Source: Aplysia californica
Lineage: Eukaryota
Direction of reading: 5' to 3'
DNA length: 64,000 nucleotides
NCBI RefSeq assembly: GCF_000002075.1
Contig: NW_004797546.1
Coordinates: forward strand, 88,274-152,273
Shown here one piece after another: positions 1-11,274 of this stretch. Positions within the stretch are counted from its first letter, which is position 1. Every line of letters starts with the position of its first letter. The notes under the pieces are model-generated. The model saw only the letters and a program-made list of their open reading frames with translations. It did not search any database and was not told the origin of the DNA. The translations under genes were made by a program, and so were the position numbers.

Positions 1-48
<48 letters not shown>
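1..48. repeat. (TC)n microsatellite
   Basis: Pure TC dinucleotide run at the window start. Confidence 0.95.
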
Positions 49-53
<5 letters not shown>

Positions 54-225
54 CTCTTCTATTATCCTCCTCTCAAGTAATGTCTTCTTTTGGTATTCTT
101 TTGAGTGCATAATATGTGTGCTTCAGAATGGTTTTTCGTGTGTGTGTGTGTATGAGTCGTGTGTGTATGGTGTACGTATATGTGTATGTATGTGCGTTGT
201 ATGCATGTGTGTATATTATATTATA

Positions 226-226
<1 letters not shown>

Positions 227-304
<78 letters not shown>
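227..304. repeat. (TG)n microsatellite
   Basis: Pure TG run; source of the spurious HT/CV-repeat ORFs. Confidence 0.95.
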
Positions 305-305
<1 letters not shown>

Positions 306-315
306 TTTCTCTCAG

Positions 316-335
316 TACACCCTGCAAGTTGACAG
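316..335 (+). other. Candidate 20-nt microexon (coding YTLQVD+AG, or a 5' UTR exon of the 7TM gene)
   Basis: Acceptor ttctctcag| and strong donor CAG|gtaaga; read from phase 0 it ends in phase 2, compatible with the exon at 7889. Confidence 0.3.
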
Positions 336-459
336 GTAAGACCATCAGGTTCTTGAACGTGCTTTCAAGCATGAACGATACAGTGTATGTTCGTTCCTAC
401 CCTTAGTCATAACTGTAACTGAGGGAGTAGGACCCGTGTTTACGCTTGCGAAGAACAGA

Positions 460-573
460 AACAGGATTCTATCTGACAATCTATTGTTATCATGACCTAC
501 GTGATTTGAGCAAATCCGGCCTCAAAATGGGTGTGATCAGATTGTCGATCACATTGTCAGATAGAATCCTGTT
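460..573. repeat. Short foldback/MITE-like element with a 21-bp perfect inverted repeat
   Basis: AACAGGATTCTATCTGACAAT (460-480) and its reverse complement (553-573); no clear TSD. Confidence 0.55.
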
Positions 574-2561
574 GAAAACGAAACGGTAAACGCTTCTTGC
601 GCTGAACACCATGCGCCCGAGAAAGACCTGTCGCCCTTAATGGATCGGGGACACTCATTAAATTGGTGGCCAAACAGGATTCGACTATCCCAAAACGGGA
701 GCGGCTCTGTCGTCATTGGGAATTTCCTAAGATTAGAGTCGACTAAAAATTGAACAGTTTAAACGTCATTAAAATAAAGCTTTTGAACGACTTCTTGTGG
801 AAACGGATCTAACGTTTTCATCGGCATGTGCTATATAAGCGTATGCCACAGTAGTGGACCCACAACAACATTGCTAGAGCAACAAGCACAGAAATCCAGC
901 GCTAGCGAGATTAAAAGAGAATCCCTAACTTTGAAGTGTCGACCAACATTTTGCGCACCTGAACTCCAGCAGAACGTTATTCCAAGTAAGCATTTAATAA
1001 CGTTTATTGCATCGAATTATAGAACTTGTTCCGAACTGATTTTCAAGACAGTCATCAAAAGACACAACTAGATACTAGATTTTAAATAAAATGAAGAATA
1101 CCCAAAGTGAAATCCAAGTCGTTTGGGGAAATATCTTTTGCATCAATTTTGCTTGGCTTAAAATCTAAAACGTCCCCCCACAAAAGAACAGAGAGAAGTG
1201 TAAGTGAGAAATACACGTATATACTAAATAATAACTCTTTTAAACCCCATTTGAGAAAAACAAAAACAAAAACATTCTTTTTAGATCATAAATACTGTCA
1301 TTCTCTTTCACTTCTGAGAATTTTTTCTTCAAAGGGATGTACAGCGTTCAGAGCATGATCCCTAGCGTGATAGACTACTCAGGACAGGCCATTTATTATT
1401 AAATTATTATTTAGGTTTTAATGTGTCCCGTTGTGTCGGCATTACCCAAGTGTGTTAAAATTACAATTTTACTTTCGATTTTGATTCTGGCCTTCTTATT
1501 AATTTCCTACATCTCGGCTTTCATCTCTTCAGTCGTTTCATCTCTTTTCTTTATATCGAACCTTGGGGGTTGAACCACATTATTATAGAGTCTAGTATTC
1601 TGTATTATGAATTTTCCTATGATGTAAACCTTAATTTCCCTTTCTCTTTTACTTTTATGAGTTTTTTTATTGCATTTTTGTTCTCTGATAATTACCTTAA
1701 TGAAATATGGCGAAAGCATAGTAACTAACAATAGTGGTGAAGTTTGAGACAGACAGCGATGGATAGTCACAGAACCTTCTCATATTAATTAAAATGTTCG
1801 GTAAACCAAGGCGGAGTGAAGGTATTGTGGGGGTGTGTCAAACAGTATGTTTTGGTCAACGGTCGTGAAAGAATGACCTTGAGAAAAGAATCGAGGACTT
1901 GCGGAGCCAAAGGAGTTAAGAACTTTTTATCTCCTTGGCGGAGCCTCATCTCCCGTCAGTGAAAAGCGGGGGCAAAGATCCGGTTTTCCCATCAGTGTCA
2001 CGACACACATGGGCAGCGGGTTTTCCTGTCACATTTCATAATTTGTAAAGCGTAGNNNNNNNNNNNNNNNNNNNNNNNNNNNNNNNNNNNNNNNNNNNNN
2101 NNNNNNNNNNNNNNNNNNNNNNNNNNNNNNNNNNNNNNNNNNNNNNNNNNNNNNNNNNNNNNNNNNNNNNNNNNNNNNNNNNNNNNNNNNNNNNNNNNNN
2201 NNNNNNNNNNNNNNNNNNNNNNNNNNNNNNNNNNNNNNNNNNNNNNNNNNNNNNNNNNNNNNNNNNNNNNNNNNNNNNNNNNNAAATTCATATTGGATTA
2301 AACAACTGGGTGGAAAGGCTCTGTGGTCATGTCTACCAAATGAAGTGCATAATTTACTGTATCATTTATTATTTGTGAAGTATATGTATAACTTACTGAC
2401 ATCTTTGTAATGACACAGTTCTTTGTTTTTTTCTTTTCCCAGTATTGAAGACCTGATCATAGCAGATTTGCTGAAGATAACAACCACAGTTCATCACCAA
2501 AACCCGCTTCTGTAGACGCTCAAAGTTCTTTCCTACCAACACTCCAATAGACGAGGCAAAC

Positions 2562-3713
2562 ATGGCAGGCACAATAGATTTTGAAGCAAAACACACAGCC
2601 TATAAAGTTTTGTATGTGACTTTCATCATAGCAATTCTTGCCGCTAACATTGCTCTGTTGATCAAGTTCCTTAGGAAAGGGAGAATACTTCTGAGCCAGC
2701 GTAAATTCCTAGTTATGACCCTAGCCGGGGGTGACATCTTCATGGCTTTGTTCCCGTTAGTAGTCGCCGCACGCACAGTCTTTGAAGAGTACTTCTCTTT
2801 TAGCTGCAGTACATTATTCACCGCTGCGGTTTACTGGAAATATTATCTCCCATTTGTGTATGGCCTTGGTCTGGTCTTCCTGTGTGCAGAACTTCGCTTC
2901 AGGCGCCATCTTCGCTCTATGATCACAAGTCCGTATGTCGCTTCCATCTTAATAGCGGCGGTGCTTTGGATCTTTGGACTCATCCTGATTTTGCCTCTAG
3001 CTATGGCTGGCTTTGACACACTACGGTGCAGTTTTGACAGCTCCATGACAATCGAACGACTGAGAGCCCTGATTTTATTCGGTATGATTCTTCCCCCCGT
3101 TTCTGCTGTCATATTCGCTATCGCCATCAACTGTAAGAAGATCAAAGCAGTCCCCGAATACTATGACGTCCCCTCGGCACAAGGAACCGTCATATCGACT
3201 GCTGCATTGCCAGAATCTCAAGGCACCCTCCAACAACAGCATTATTTTGGACAGTTTCAAAGCCAGTACAACCAAGGGCTAGCTCCATCGTCACAACCGT
3301 CCAGCCACTCTGTGCAGCCGATCACCAACGTAAGTGGTCAGCTTCAGTCAGTGGCTTATCCTGCATATCCTCCCAACTCCCAGAAATCGTTTCCTCCTTC
3401 CCAAGCTGTGATGCCCGCTTCAACAGGCTCACCTGAGTCTGCTTCAGACGAAGAGTATTCCGAAAAGGCTGTGCGACAAGAACAAAGAGCCCTTCTGGCT
3501 GTTTCTATTCTCAACGTGATTCTGACACTGCCTCTGGCAATATTCACAATACCCGCCGCCAGTTTTGCACTTGGATACCAGGGGGCCAAGATCCCAGACG
3601 GCCTTGACGCTCTGTCGGCGGAGGTCTTGGGTGAGCTGTTCCTGTGGATGCTGTACCTCCGCTCTATCCTGACGCCTCTTGTCTGGATGTGGGGCGACCC
3701 GAAAGTTGCTTAA
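2562..3713 (+). CDS. Divergent class A (rhodopsin-like) 7TM orphan receptor, copy 1, 383 aa, single coding exon
   Basis: Seven hydrophobic segments; TM1 AN, TM2 LAGGD, Cys at start of TM3 and in ECL2, TM4 W..P, TM5 LPP, TM6 LTLP, TM7 RSILTPLVW; upstream acceptor ttttccccag at ~2442 suggests a 5' UTR intron. Confidence 0.8.
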   Translation: MAGTIDFEAKHTAYKVLYVTFIIAILAANIALLIKFLRKGRILLSQRKFLVMTLAGGDIFMALFPLVVAARTVFEEYFSFSCSTLFTAAVYWKYYLPFVYGLGLVFLCAELRFRRHLRSMITSPYVASILIAAVLWIFGLILILPLAMAGFDTLRCSFDSSMTIERLRALILFGMILPPVSAVIFAIAINCKKIKAVPEYYDVPSAQGTVISTAALPESQGTLQQQHYFGQFQSQYNQGLAPSSQPSSHSVQPITNVSGQLQSVAYPAYPPNSQKSFPPSQAVMPASTGSPESASDEEYSEKAVRQEQRALLAVSILNVILTLPLAIFTIPAASFALGYQGAKIPDGLDALSAEVLGELFLWMLYLRSILTPLVWMWGDPKVA

Positions 3714-4235
3714 AGTAAAACTTCGAATTACAGATTTTACCATACGGATTGACTATTTCAATCTGGCGCTTTTTCTACCCATAACCGTCTCTACCCATCT
3801 TGTCATCTTTCCAGGGAAGACAGTTAAGTAATTAAGACCCATTAATTAAGACAAAAGCAAAAACACAAAGAAACATAAAAGTTTAGAAAATAAAAACAAA
3901 AGCTTCAAGAAAAAAGACCGGACAAAGTTGCAATTTACGAGGCGGAAGTTGACCCGACAATACTGAAAAACAGAACCTGCGAATCATTGGCATCACCTAG
4001 ATAGTCACGTCCAGTGAACGTCATCCTGTTTCCTTTTAAACTTGTTATATTGTTANNNNNNNNNNNNNNNNNNNNNNNNNNNNNNNNNNNNNNNNNNNNN
4101 NNNNNNNNNNNNNNNNNNNNNNNNNNNNNNNNNNNNNNNNNNNNNNNNNNNNNNNNNNNNNNNNNNNNNNNNNNNNNNNNNNNNNNNNNNNNNNNNNNNN
4201 NNNNNNNNNNNNNNNNNNNNNNNNNNNNNNNNNNN

Positions 4236-4266
4236 NTACTATTATTATTAATGTTGTTCTTGTTGC

Positions 4267-4336
<70 letters not shown>

Positions 4337-4350
4337 GTTGTTGTTGCTGT
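4236..4350. repeat. (TTA/TTG)n microsatellite
   Basis: Trinucleotide run next to a gap. Confidence 0.9.
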
Positions 4351-5454
4351 TAGTCCTGTTGCTGTTGAAGTTGTTCTTTTTTTTAATCGTTATTATGGAG
4401 CATATTATACTGTGTCATGTAATGAACGCATACTCTGTACAAGAGAAAATACTGTGATAATAATTGAGTGCTGCATGCTGAGTTCAATGCTCTATTGTTT
4501 ACGTACAAGTACCAGTGATTATTTTCAATCGTTTATGAATTATTCTGTACGTTTTTTGTGTGGAACATGAAGTGATAATATTATTTACCATGTGCTTAGA
4601 CATCTACTCAATTTTTTTACTTGTTGAAATTTGTCATTCTTTGAATAGACCTTTTACTTTTAAAAAATAATTTATTGTTTACATTTATGAAGTCGTGAAT
4701 AAAGTATATTTTACATTATGCATTAAAACAGTTGTTGTTGTCTCGATAGGGAAAAGGTGTCGTACTTTATTTAATTTTGTTTCTGTAGAGATCGTGCGCA
4801 CGTCAACTTCTTTGGCGCATAGTACATGTAGTCCATTATGAACTGACGAACACTCTGAAACTTGAGGTAAATACGAGTTGGGTCCGGAATTTTTCTTTTT
4901 CTTGTTCCCCTCTTGTGTGTGTGTGTGTGGGAGGGGGGGGGTTGGGGGTGGGGGCATTAAAGTGCTGTGGCTTTGAAACATTGATCTCCTAGAAAGGTCT
5001 AGGGACCAAAAGTGACTTTGGCGCAGCGCAAGTGAAACTATTTAAAAAAAACAAGTCATAAATATTTTTTACGAAAGATGTCCACTGACAATTTTGAATG
5101 TAGGAAACTGGATTGCTCCTTTTTCCGGGTGGGGGAAGGGGGTGGGAGGAGAAGGGTCCTTAATTCTAATATATGACATTGACAATGACAACCTTTATTC
5201 ATCTCGCAGGGAGAGATTTGTCTTGGTCGTTAACAATGGCAGCAGACGTTACGAAGGTTGGGTGCACTCAAGCATACCCACAACAAGACAGGATATTACT
5301 GTATTAGTAAATTATACAATTAAGTCTCACGTGCTGGGGCAACCCGCTCCGCTCNNNNNNNNNNNNNNNNNNNNNNNNNNNNNNNNNNNNNNNNNNNNNN
5401 NNNNNNNNNNNNNNNNNNNNNNNNNNNNNNNNNNNNNNNNNNNNNNNNNNNNNN

Positions 5455-5508
<54 letters not shown>

Positions 5509-5803
5509 CTTACAAAATGCAATTCAAATTCATATTGGATTAAACAACTGGGTGGAAAGGCTCTGTGGTCATGTCTACCAAATGAAGTGCATAATTTACT
5601 GTATCATTTATTATTTGTGAAGTATATGTATAACTTACTGACATCTTTGTAATGACACAGTTCTTTGTTTTTTTCTTTTCCCAGTATTGAAGACCTGATC
5701 ATAGCAGATTTGCTGAAGATAACAACCACAGTTCATCACCAAAACCCGCTTCTGTAGACGCTCAAAGTTCTTTCCTACCAACACTCCAATAGACGAGGCA
5801 AAC

Positions 5804-6955
5804 ATGGCAGGCACAATAGATTTTGAAGCAAAACACACAGCCTATAAAGTTTTGTATGTGACTTTCATCATAGCAATTCTTGCCGCTAACATTGCTCTGT
5901 TGATCAAGTTCCTTAGGAAAGGGAGAATACTTCTGAGCCAGCGTAAATTCCTAGTTATGACCCTAGCCGGGGGTGACATCTTCATGGCTTTGTTCCCGTT
6001 AGTAGTCGCCGCACGCACAGTCTTTGAAGAGTACTTCTCTTTTAGCTGCAGTACATTATTCACCGCTGCGGTTTACTGGAAATATTATCTCCCATTTGTG
6101 TATGGCCTTGGTCTGGTCTTCCTGTGTGCAGAACTTCGCTTCAGGCGCCATCTTCGCTCTATGATCACAAGTCCGTATGTCGCTTCCATCTTAATAGCGG
6201 CGGTGCTTTGGATCTTTGGACTCATCCTGATTTTGCCTCTAGCTATGGCTGGCTTTGACACACTACGGTGCAGTTTTGACAGCTCCATGACAATCGAACG
6301 ACTGAGAGCCCTGATTTTATTCGGTATGATTCTTCCCCCCGTTTCTGCTGTCATATTCGCTATCGCCATCAACTGTAAGAAGATCAAAGCAGTCCCCGAA
6401 TACTATGACGTCCCCTCGGCACAAGGAACCGTCATATCGACTGCTGCATTGCCAGAATCTCAAGGCACCCTCCAACAACAGCATTATTTTGGACAGTTTC
6501 AAAGCCAGTACAACCAAGGGCTAGCTCCATCGTCACAACCGTCCAGCCACTCTGTGCAGCCGATCACCAACGTAAGTGGTCAGCTTCAGTCAGTGGCTTA
6601 TCCTGCATATCCTCCCAACTCCCAGAAATCGTTTCCTCCTTCCCAAGCTGTGATGCCCGCTTCAACAGGCTCAACTGAGTCTGCTTCAGACGAAGAGTAT
6701 TCCGAAAAGGCTGTGCGACAAGAACAAAGAGCCCTTCTGGCTGTTTCTATTCTCAACGTGATTCTGACACTGCCTCTGGCAATATTCACAATACCCGCCG
6801 CCAGTTTTGCACTTGGATACCAGGGGGCCAAGATCCCAGACGGCCTTGACGCTCTGTCGGCGGAGGTCTTGGGTGAGCTGTTCCTGTGGATGCTGTACCT
6901 CCGCTCTATCCTGACGCCTCTTGTCTGGATGTGGGGCGACCCGAAAGTTGCTTAA
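5804..6955 (+). CDS. Divergent class A 7TM orphan receptor, copy 2 (possibly an uncollapsed allele)
   Basis: Identical to 2562-3713 except SPES->STES. Confidence 0.7.
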   Translation: MAGTIDFEAKHTAYKVLYVTFIIAILAANIALLIKFLRKGRILLSQRKFLVMTLAGGDIFMALFPLVVAARTVFEEYFSFSCSTLFTAAVYWKYYLPFVYGLGLVFLCAELRFRRHLRSMITSPYVASILIAAVLWIFGLILILPLAMAGFDTLRCSFDSSMTIERLRALILFGMILPPVSAVIFAIAINCKKIKAVPEYYDVPSAQGTVISTAALPESQGTLQQQHYFGQFQSQYNQGLAPSSQPSSHSVQPITNVSGQLQSVAYPAYPPNSQKSFPPSQAVMPASTGSTESASDEEYSEKAVRQEQRALLAVSILNVILTLPLAIFTIPAASFALGYQGAKIPDGLDALSAEVLGELFLWMLYLRSILTPLVWMWGDPKVA

Positions 6956-7432
6956 AGTAAAACTTCGAATTACAGATTTTACCATACGGATTGACTATTT
7001 CAATCTGGCGCTTTTTCTACCCATAACCGTCTCTACCCATCTTGTCATCTTTCCAGGGAAGACAGTTAAGTAATTAAGACCCATTAATTAAGACAAAAGC
7101 AAAAACACAAAGAAACATAAAAGTTTAGAAAATAAAAACAAAAGCTTCAAGAAAAAAGACCGGACAAAGTTGCAATTTACGAGGCGGAAGTTGACCCGAC
7201 AATACTGAAAAACAGAACCTGCGAATCATTGGCATCACCTAGATAGTCACGTCCAGTGAACGTCATCCTGTTTCCTTTTAAACTTGTTATATTGTTATTA
7301 AGATTATTNNNNNNNNNNNNNNNNNNNNNNNNNNNNNNNNNNNNNNNNNNNNNNNNNNNNNNNNNNNNNNNNNNNNNNNNNNNNNNNNNNNNNNNNNNNN
7401 NNNNNNNNTTTCCGCCTTTTTTTTTTACGTTA

Positions 7433-7874
7433 AGTGAGGCAGTGTGGTGTAATCAGGCTCTCGTCAGTTTTCGAGCATGTAGAGTTATTGATATCATCTT
7501 AAAGCTTGTTCACTTGTCTTTATTTGGATGTAAAAAATATCCATTTATCTTAAATGCAATTCGAGATATTTGCGAATGAAGGAGATGGGGGTCACCTGTT
7601 TTCAGAGGAGAAGTTAGTGAGAAATGGCCGCCAAAGATTACATGTACTTATTTCCTTAACTCAAGAGTCCGTGGTAACTGAAAATTTACATTTTTTTGTG
7701 CCTTTAATCAATGTTTTTCAGAAAAATCCACACAGAAATGAGTTCTTTGATGGGCATGAAAGGTGTTGAGCCAAAAAAGAAAATTTTATAAAAATTCACA
7801 AACATGCGGAAAAATGCAAGTTTCTCCACTTTGATTATTTTGACGAGCGCCTGATTTCACCATGCTGCCTCACG
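7433..7874 (-). mobile_element. ~440-bp MITE family (TIR ~TGTGAGGCAGCGTGGTGGAATCAGGCGCTCGTCAA), copy 1
   Basis: TIRs at both ends; body homologous to copies at 15550, 19065 and 56918. Confidence 0.8.
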
Positions 7875-7888
7875 TTTGTCTTGTGCAG

Positions 7889-8018
7889 ATATTCAAAGTT
7901 AGTTAGGTCTCTGGATGATGTGCTGCCTTCCCAAATTGCTACCATAGCAAGTGATGCCAAAATTTATCAAAATTTCTATTGTGGTGGTGTAGAATATCTG
8001 AAGGATGAGTGGATTTAG
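7889..8018 (+). CDS. Candidate terminal coding exon of an unidentified gene (YSKLVRSLDDVLPSQIATIASDAKIYQNFYCGGVEYLKDEWI*)
   Basis: Acceptor tttgtcttgtgcag|, open protein-like frame to TAG 8016-8018, AATAAA at 8207-8212; no homolog recognised. Confidence 0.35.
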
Positions 8019-9224
8019 ATTGAAAGACCTAAGTTTCCTCAGAAAGTACAGCCTCTGATTTACCTTTTTAAATCGGATATTGTTTACGTGGTTTTGACAT
8101 GTAAATTTGTTGTCGATTATAAGACCAAGATGTTTGTATGAATCCGTGATTTCAATTGTTTCGTGTTCAATTACGAGAGATGGGATTGTTGGTTTTTCTC
8201 TTCTAAAATAAAAAAATCATTTCCTTTGATTTTAAGAGGTTCACTTTTAGAAAAATTTAATTAATCCATTAAAAAAACATACACATTTCTTCGAAATACT
8301 CTTTTTCATCAAGGTTTATTGATGCTTTTGAGTATTAAACATTGCTCTCAAAAAAAAAAAAAAAAAGGAACGCTGAAATTAATCAAAGTCAAGACGCCAA
8401 CAGCAACTGTCTAAATAAGAGGGTTACTAAAGAATTGGGACCAACCAGAGGACCCTGGAATAGCGGCGATATTTCCTCTATTGTTCACCGAACAATGGAT
8501 TTTCTTACATTGGAAAAGCGAGCAGCTCCTGGGTAGAGCCAGAATTATCTTTTTATGGTAGTCGATTCCAACTCTTCATATTTCCCCTAGCCTGTGTCCA
8601 ACAGGCCCAAGACTGTCACCTTAATCTTATCCTTCAATTCTTCTGTGGCTTTCCTTTTTACACCGTAATACCTTCTTATCACGCGCGTGTTTACGTCAGA
8701 AATGACGGGTTTTGAACCTTTTAAAAAAATTATATAAATGTGCTCTCAGACTACTATTACTGCACTATAGATAAACTACAATTCAGATAATTTAAGAAGC
8801 GGGCTTCGACTTTGAGGCACTTTGCCAGACAGGATCAACCGATGCAGTGATGATACAATATTGGTCGCTTTTAAGGACCAGCGGGCTAACCCAAATTTTG
8901 GGGGTTTCCTGAAATCTTGACCTACAAAAAAAGGGGACATTGCCCTACCTATGAAGTTTAGTTTCATTGGTGTGAAAATTTGTTTGGTTATAGAGAAAAA
9001 TCTCTTTGTCTTTTAAAGAGACTGAACAAGGGGCAAAAATTTTATCTTCGATTTTCTCAAAACAGCATTTTTCGAGATAGCCCCCTTGTGTTTAAAAGCA
9101 ACCATATTATACAACATTCCAGCAGAAAAAGGCTAAAACAGCACCTGGACATGGATGGCTGGTGCCTCTATAAATAAATCATTGATGGTCTGGTCCAGAA
9201 GAAAGACGATGACACTCACTAAAA

Positions 9225-9302
9225 GTTCTCCCCACTTGGGAATCAAGCTCGTGCCTCCTGCATGCGACGGCGAAGCGCCTAATCGCTACATCACAGGCGC
9301 CG
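9225..9302 (-). mobile_element. tRNA-derived SINE head fragment (same family as ~12800-12960 and 21325-21509)
   Basis: Reverse strand GGCGCCTGTGATGTAGCGATTAGGCG...GCTTGATTCCCAAGTGGGGAGAA with degenerate A/B boxes. Confidence 0.55.
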
Positions 9303-9599
9303 TTCTTTGGCCCTTTGGGTGTGAGTGAGTACAGTCGAAATGATCAGACACTGTGTCTCTTAGAGCGTTCAACTTTGTCATTTCGATATAATATAATATT
9401 ATTATACACCGAGTCGTCATGATAGTAGTCACATACATATTATTCAAAATGATAATAATAACAACAAAAAATATAATAACAAACAGTGAGAAGAAGTAGG
9501 AGCATACCACACAAGAGCTCTCAATCTTAAGTTTAGCCCAAGTAAGAGTTTAACGGCACATGTCACACAATTAAGTCATGTGTATCATGTAAGTGTCGA

Positions 9600-11180
9600 A
9601 GTTTTAGTTTTAGTAGAGGTTTTACGGCGCTCGCAACTGCATACGGTCATATGAGCGCCAGAAGATTAGAGGTAACACGAGAGAGTAACAAACATAAAAA
9701 AAGAACAGGGGGAGATAAGGACGATAGATGTTTGATAGGAAAGTAGAAGCAAACCATACCAGAGCACCCGCCAACCACCCACTAAGTGTCGCAGAATTGG
9801 AGTGATAATAGCAGTACATGTACATGTATTACCACAGAGCAACATACCGATACAAAGAAAAGAGCTTAGATTAGTTTTAGTAGAGTTTTTACGGCGCTCG
9901 CAACTGCATAAGGTCATATAAATATGAGCGCCAATGGGTGGGTGTCAACAGAGAAGTCCATACGGGGAATCAGGCCTACTACTCTGCTCTCCTCTCTAGC
10001 TTCAACAGCACAAAGTCTTCTTCGACTACTAAGGCACCCCGGAAATACCGGGCCATAAGAGAGTGACGAACATACAAAAGAAGAAGAGGGAAAATGACGA
10101 TAGTAAGGATCAGGAAAGGAAAAGCAGCACTTCATCGTATGCAGTTCACGCACAGTTATGAGCATGACATTGATGAATCAGCCCATTTACAATTCTACTG
10201 AGCATAAGAACATGTTAATGTACCTCCTTAGGGAACATTCAAAAGACACTTCACAGTCAGTAGCACCCCCCCTCGGTTTGGGAGGGGGGGGGGAGGTAGA
10301 GAGAAAAGAGGGAGGATATGTGTAAGGACGATAGATGTTTGATAGGAAAGAAAAAGCAAACCACACCAGAGCACCCGTCGACCACCCACGAACCTATGCA
10401 AAGCAGTAGAGGGAAAGGACTTCAGTACAAAGCCTTCTAACCAGACACAGATAGAAACAAGAGAAGCACAGTAAAGAAGTTTTAGTTTCCGTGAGAGTTT
10501 TACGGCACTTGCAAAACAAAAAGGTCATCAAGTGGCGAAGTTTGGAAGTGTTACAAGAGAGTAATAAATACAAAAATAAGGAGAAAAGGGGGTGGGAGTG
10601 GATCAGGACGATAGATGTTTGACAGGAAAAAGAGCAAACCAAACCAGAGCATCCGCCACCCACCCGCACAGTAAAGAAGAGGGTCTAACCAGTGGAGCAT
10701 TTTAACCGCCTGGTGAAATGGCAGAAAGCAAGTACACATAATCAAACATTGTGTTGCACCACTCCCCCCCCCCCCTTTTTTTTTTTGTTCCTCCACCCAA
10801 CACGCACATTTAGAAATACACACTATAAAAACAAATAATCGTTTAGTTTTAGTAAGGTTTTATGGCGCTCGCAACTGCGTATGAGCGCCAAGGGGTGGAT
10901 GTCAACAGAGAGGTCAAAATGAGGAATCAGGCTTTCTCTGCTCACCTCTATAGCATCAACAGCACAAAGTCTGCGTCGACTATCAAGGCCACGGCACTTC
11001 GGAAATAACAGTTCACTAGAGAGTAGCAAAAATACAAAAGAAGTTTAGGAAAAATGACGATAGTAGGAATGAGGAAAGAAAAGGCAGCAGTTTGTCCTCT
11101 ATTTTGTTTCTGCACAGTATGAGCATGACATTGATAAATCAGCCCATTTGCAATTCTACTGAGCATAAGAATATGTTACA
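9600..11180 (-). mobile_element. Cluster of short retroelements, most with a shared LINE-like 3' tail (two subfamilies; ~9600-9780, 9870-10220, 10320-10390, 10480-10665, 10840-11180)
   Basis: Recurrent tail ATGACCTTATGCAGTTGCGAGCGCCGTAAAA..CTAAAACTAA on the minus strand; further copies at ~17940-18095, ~52660-52740 and 63550-63715 (+); tail resembles I/Nimb-clade LINE 3' ends. Confidence 0.7.
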
Positions 11181-11274
11181 GAAAATCAACCCAGCGAAAA
11201 AACCCAACAAAAAAACAACAAATGAACAAAAAAAAACAACAACAACAAAAACAATAACATGCAAACAAAGCCAT

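Larger units (their letters stand above)
2284..7308 (+). repeat. ~1.77 kb direct duplication (2284-4055 vs 5526-~7297, offset 3242)
   Basis: Copies essentially identical; one coding difference seen (C3432 vs A6674, Pro/Thr); both copies abut or lie close to N-gaps. Confidence 0.9.

Noticed and set aside
73-372. HT/CV-repeat ORFs, and similar poly-L, RE and SL ORFs near 4014, 53280, 60654 and 63299
   Set aside because: Translations of microsatellites or N-gaps
2600-3743. Minus-strand ORFs overlapping the 7TM gene
   Set aside because: Antisense shadows of the real plus-strand CDS
8585-8660. Minus-strand VLGLLDTG resembling a retroviral aspartic protease motif
   Set aside because: Immediately followed by a stop, with no other gag/pol or LTR evidence
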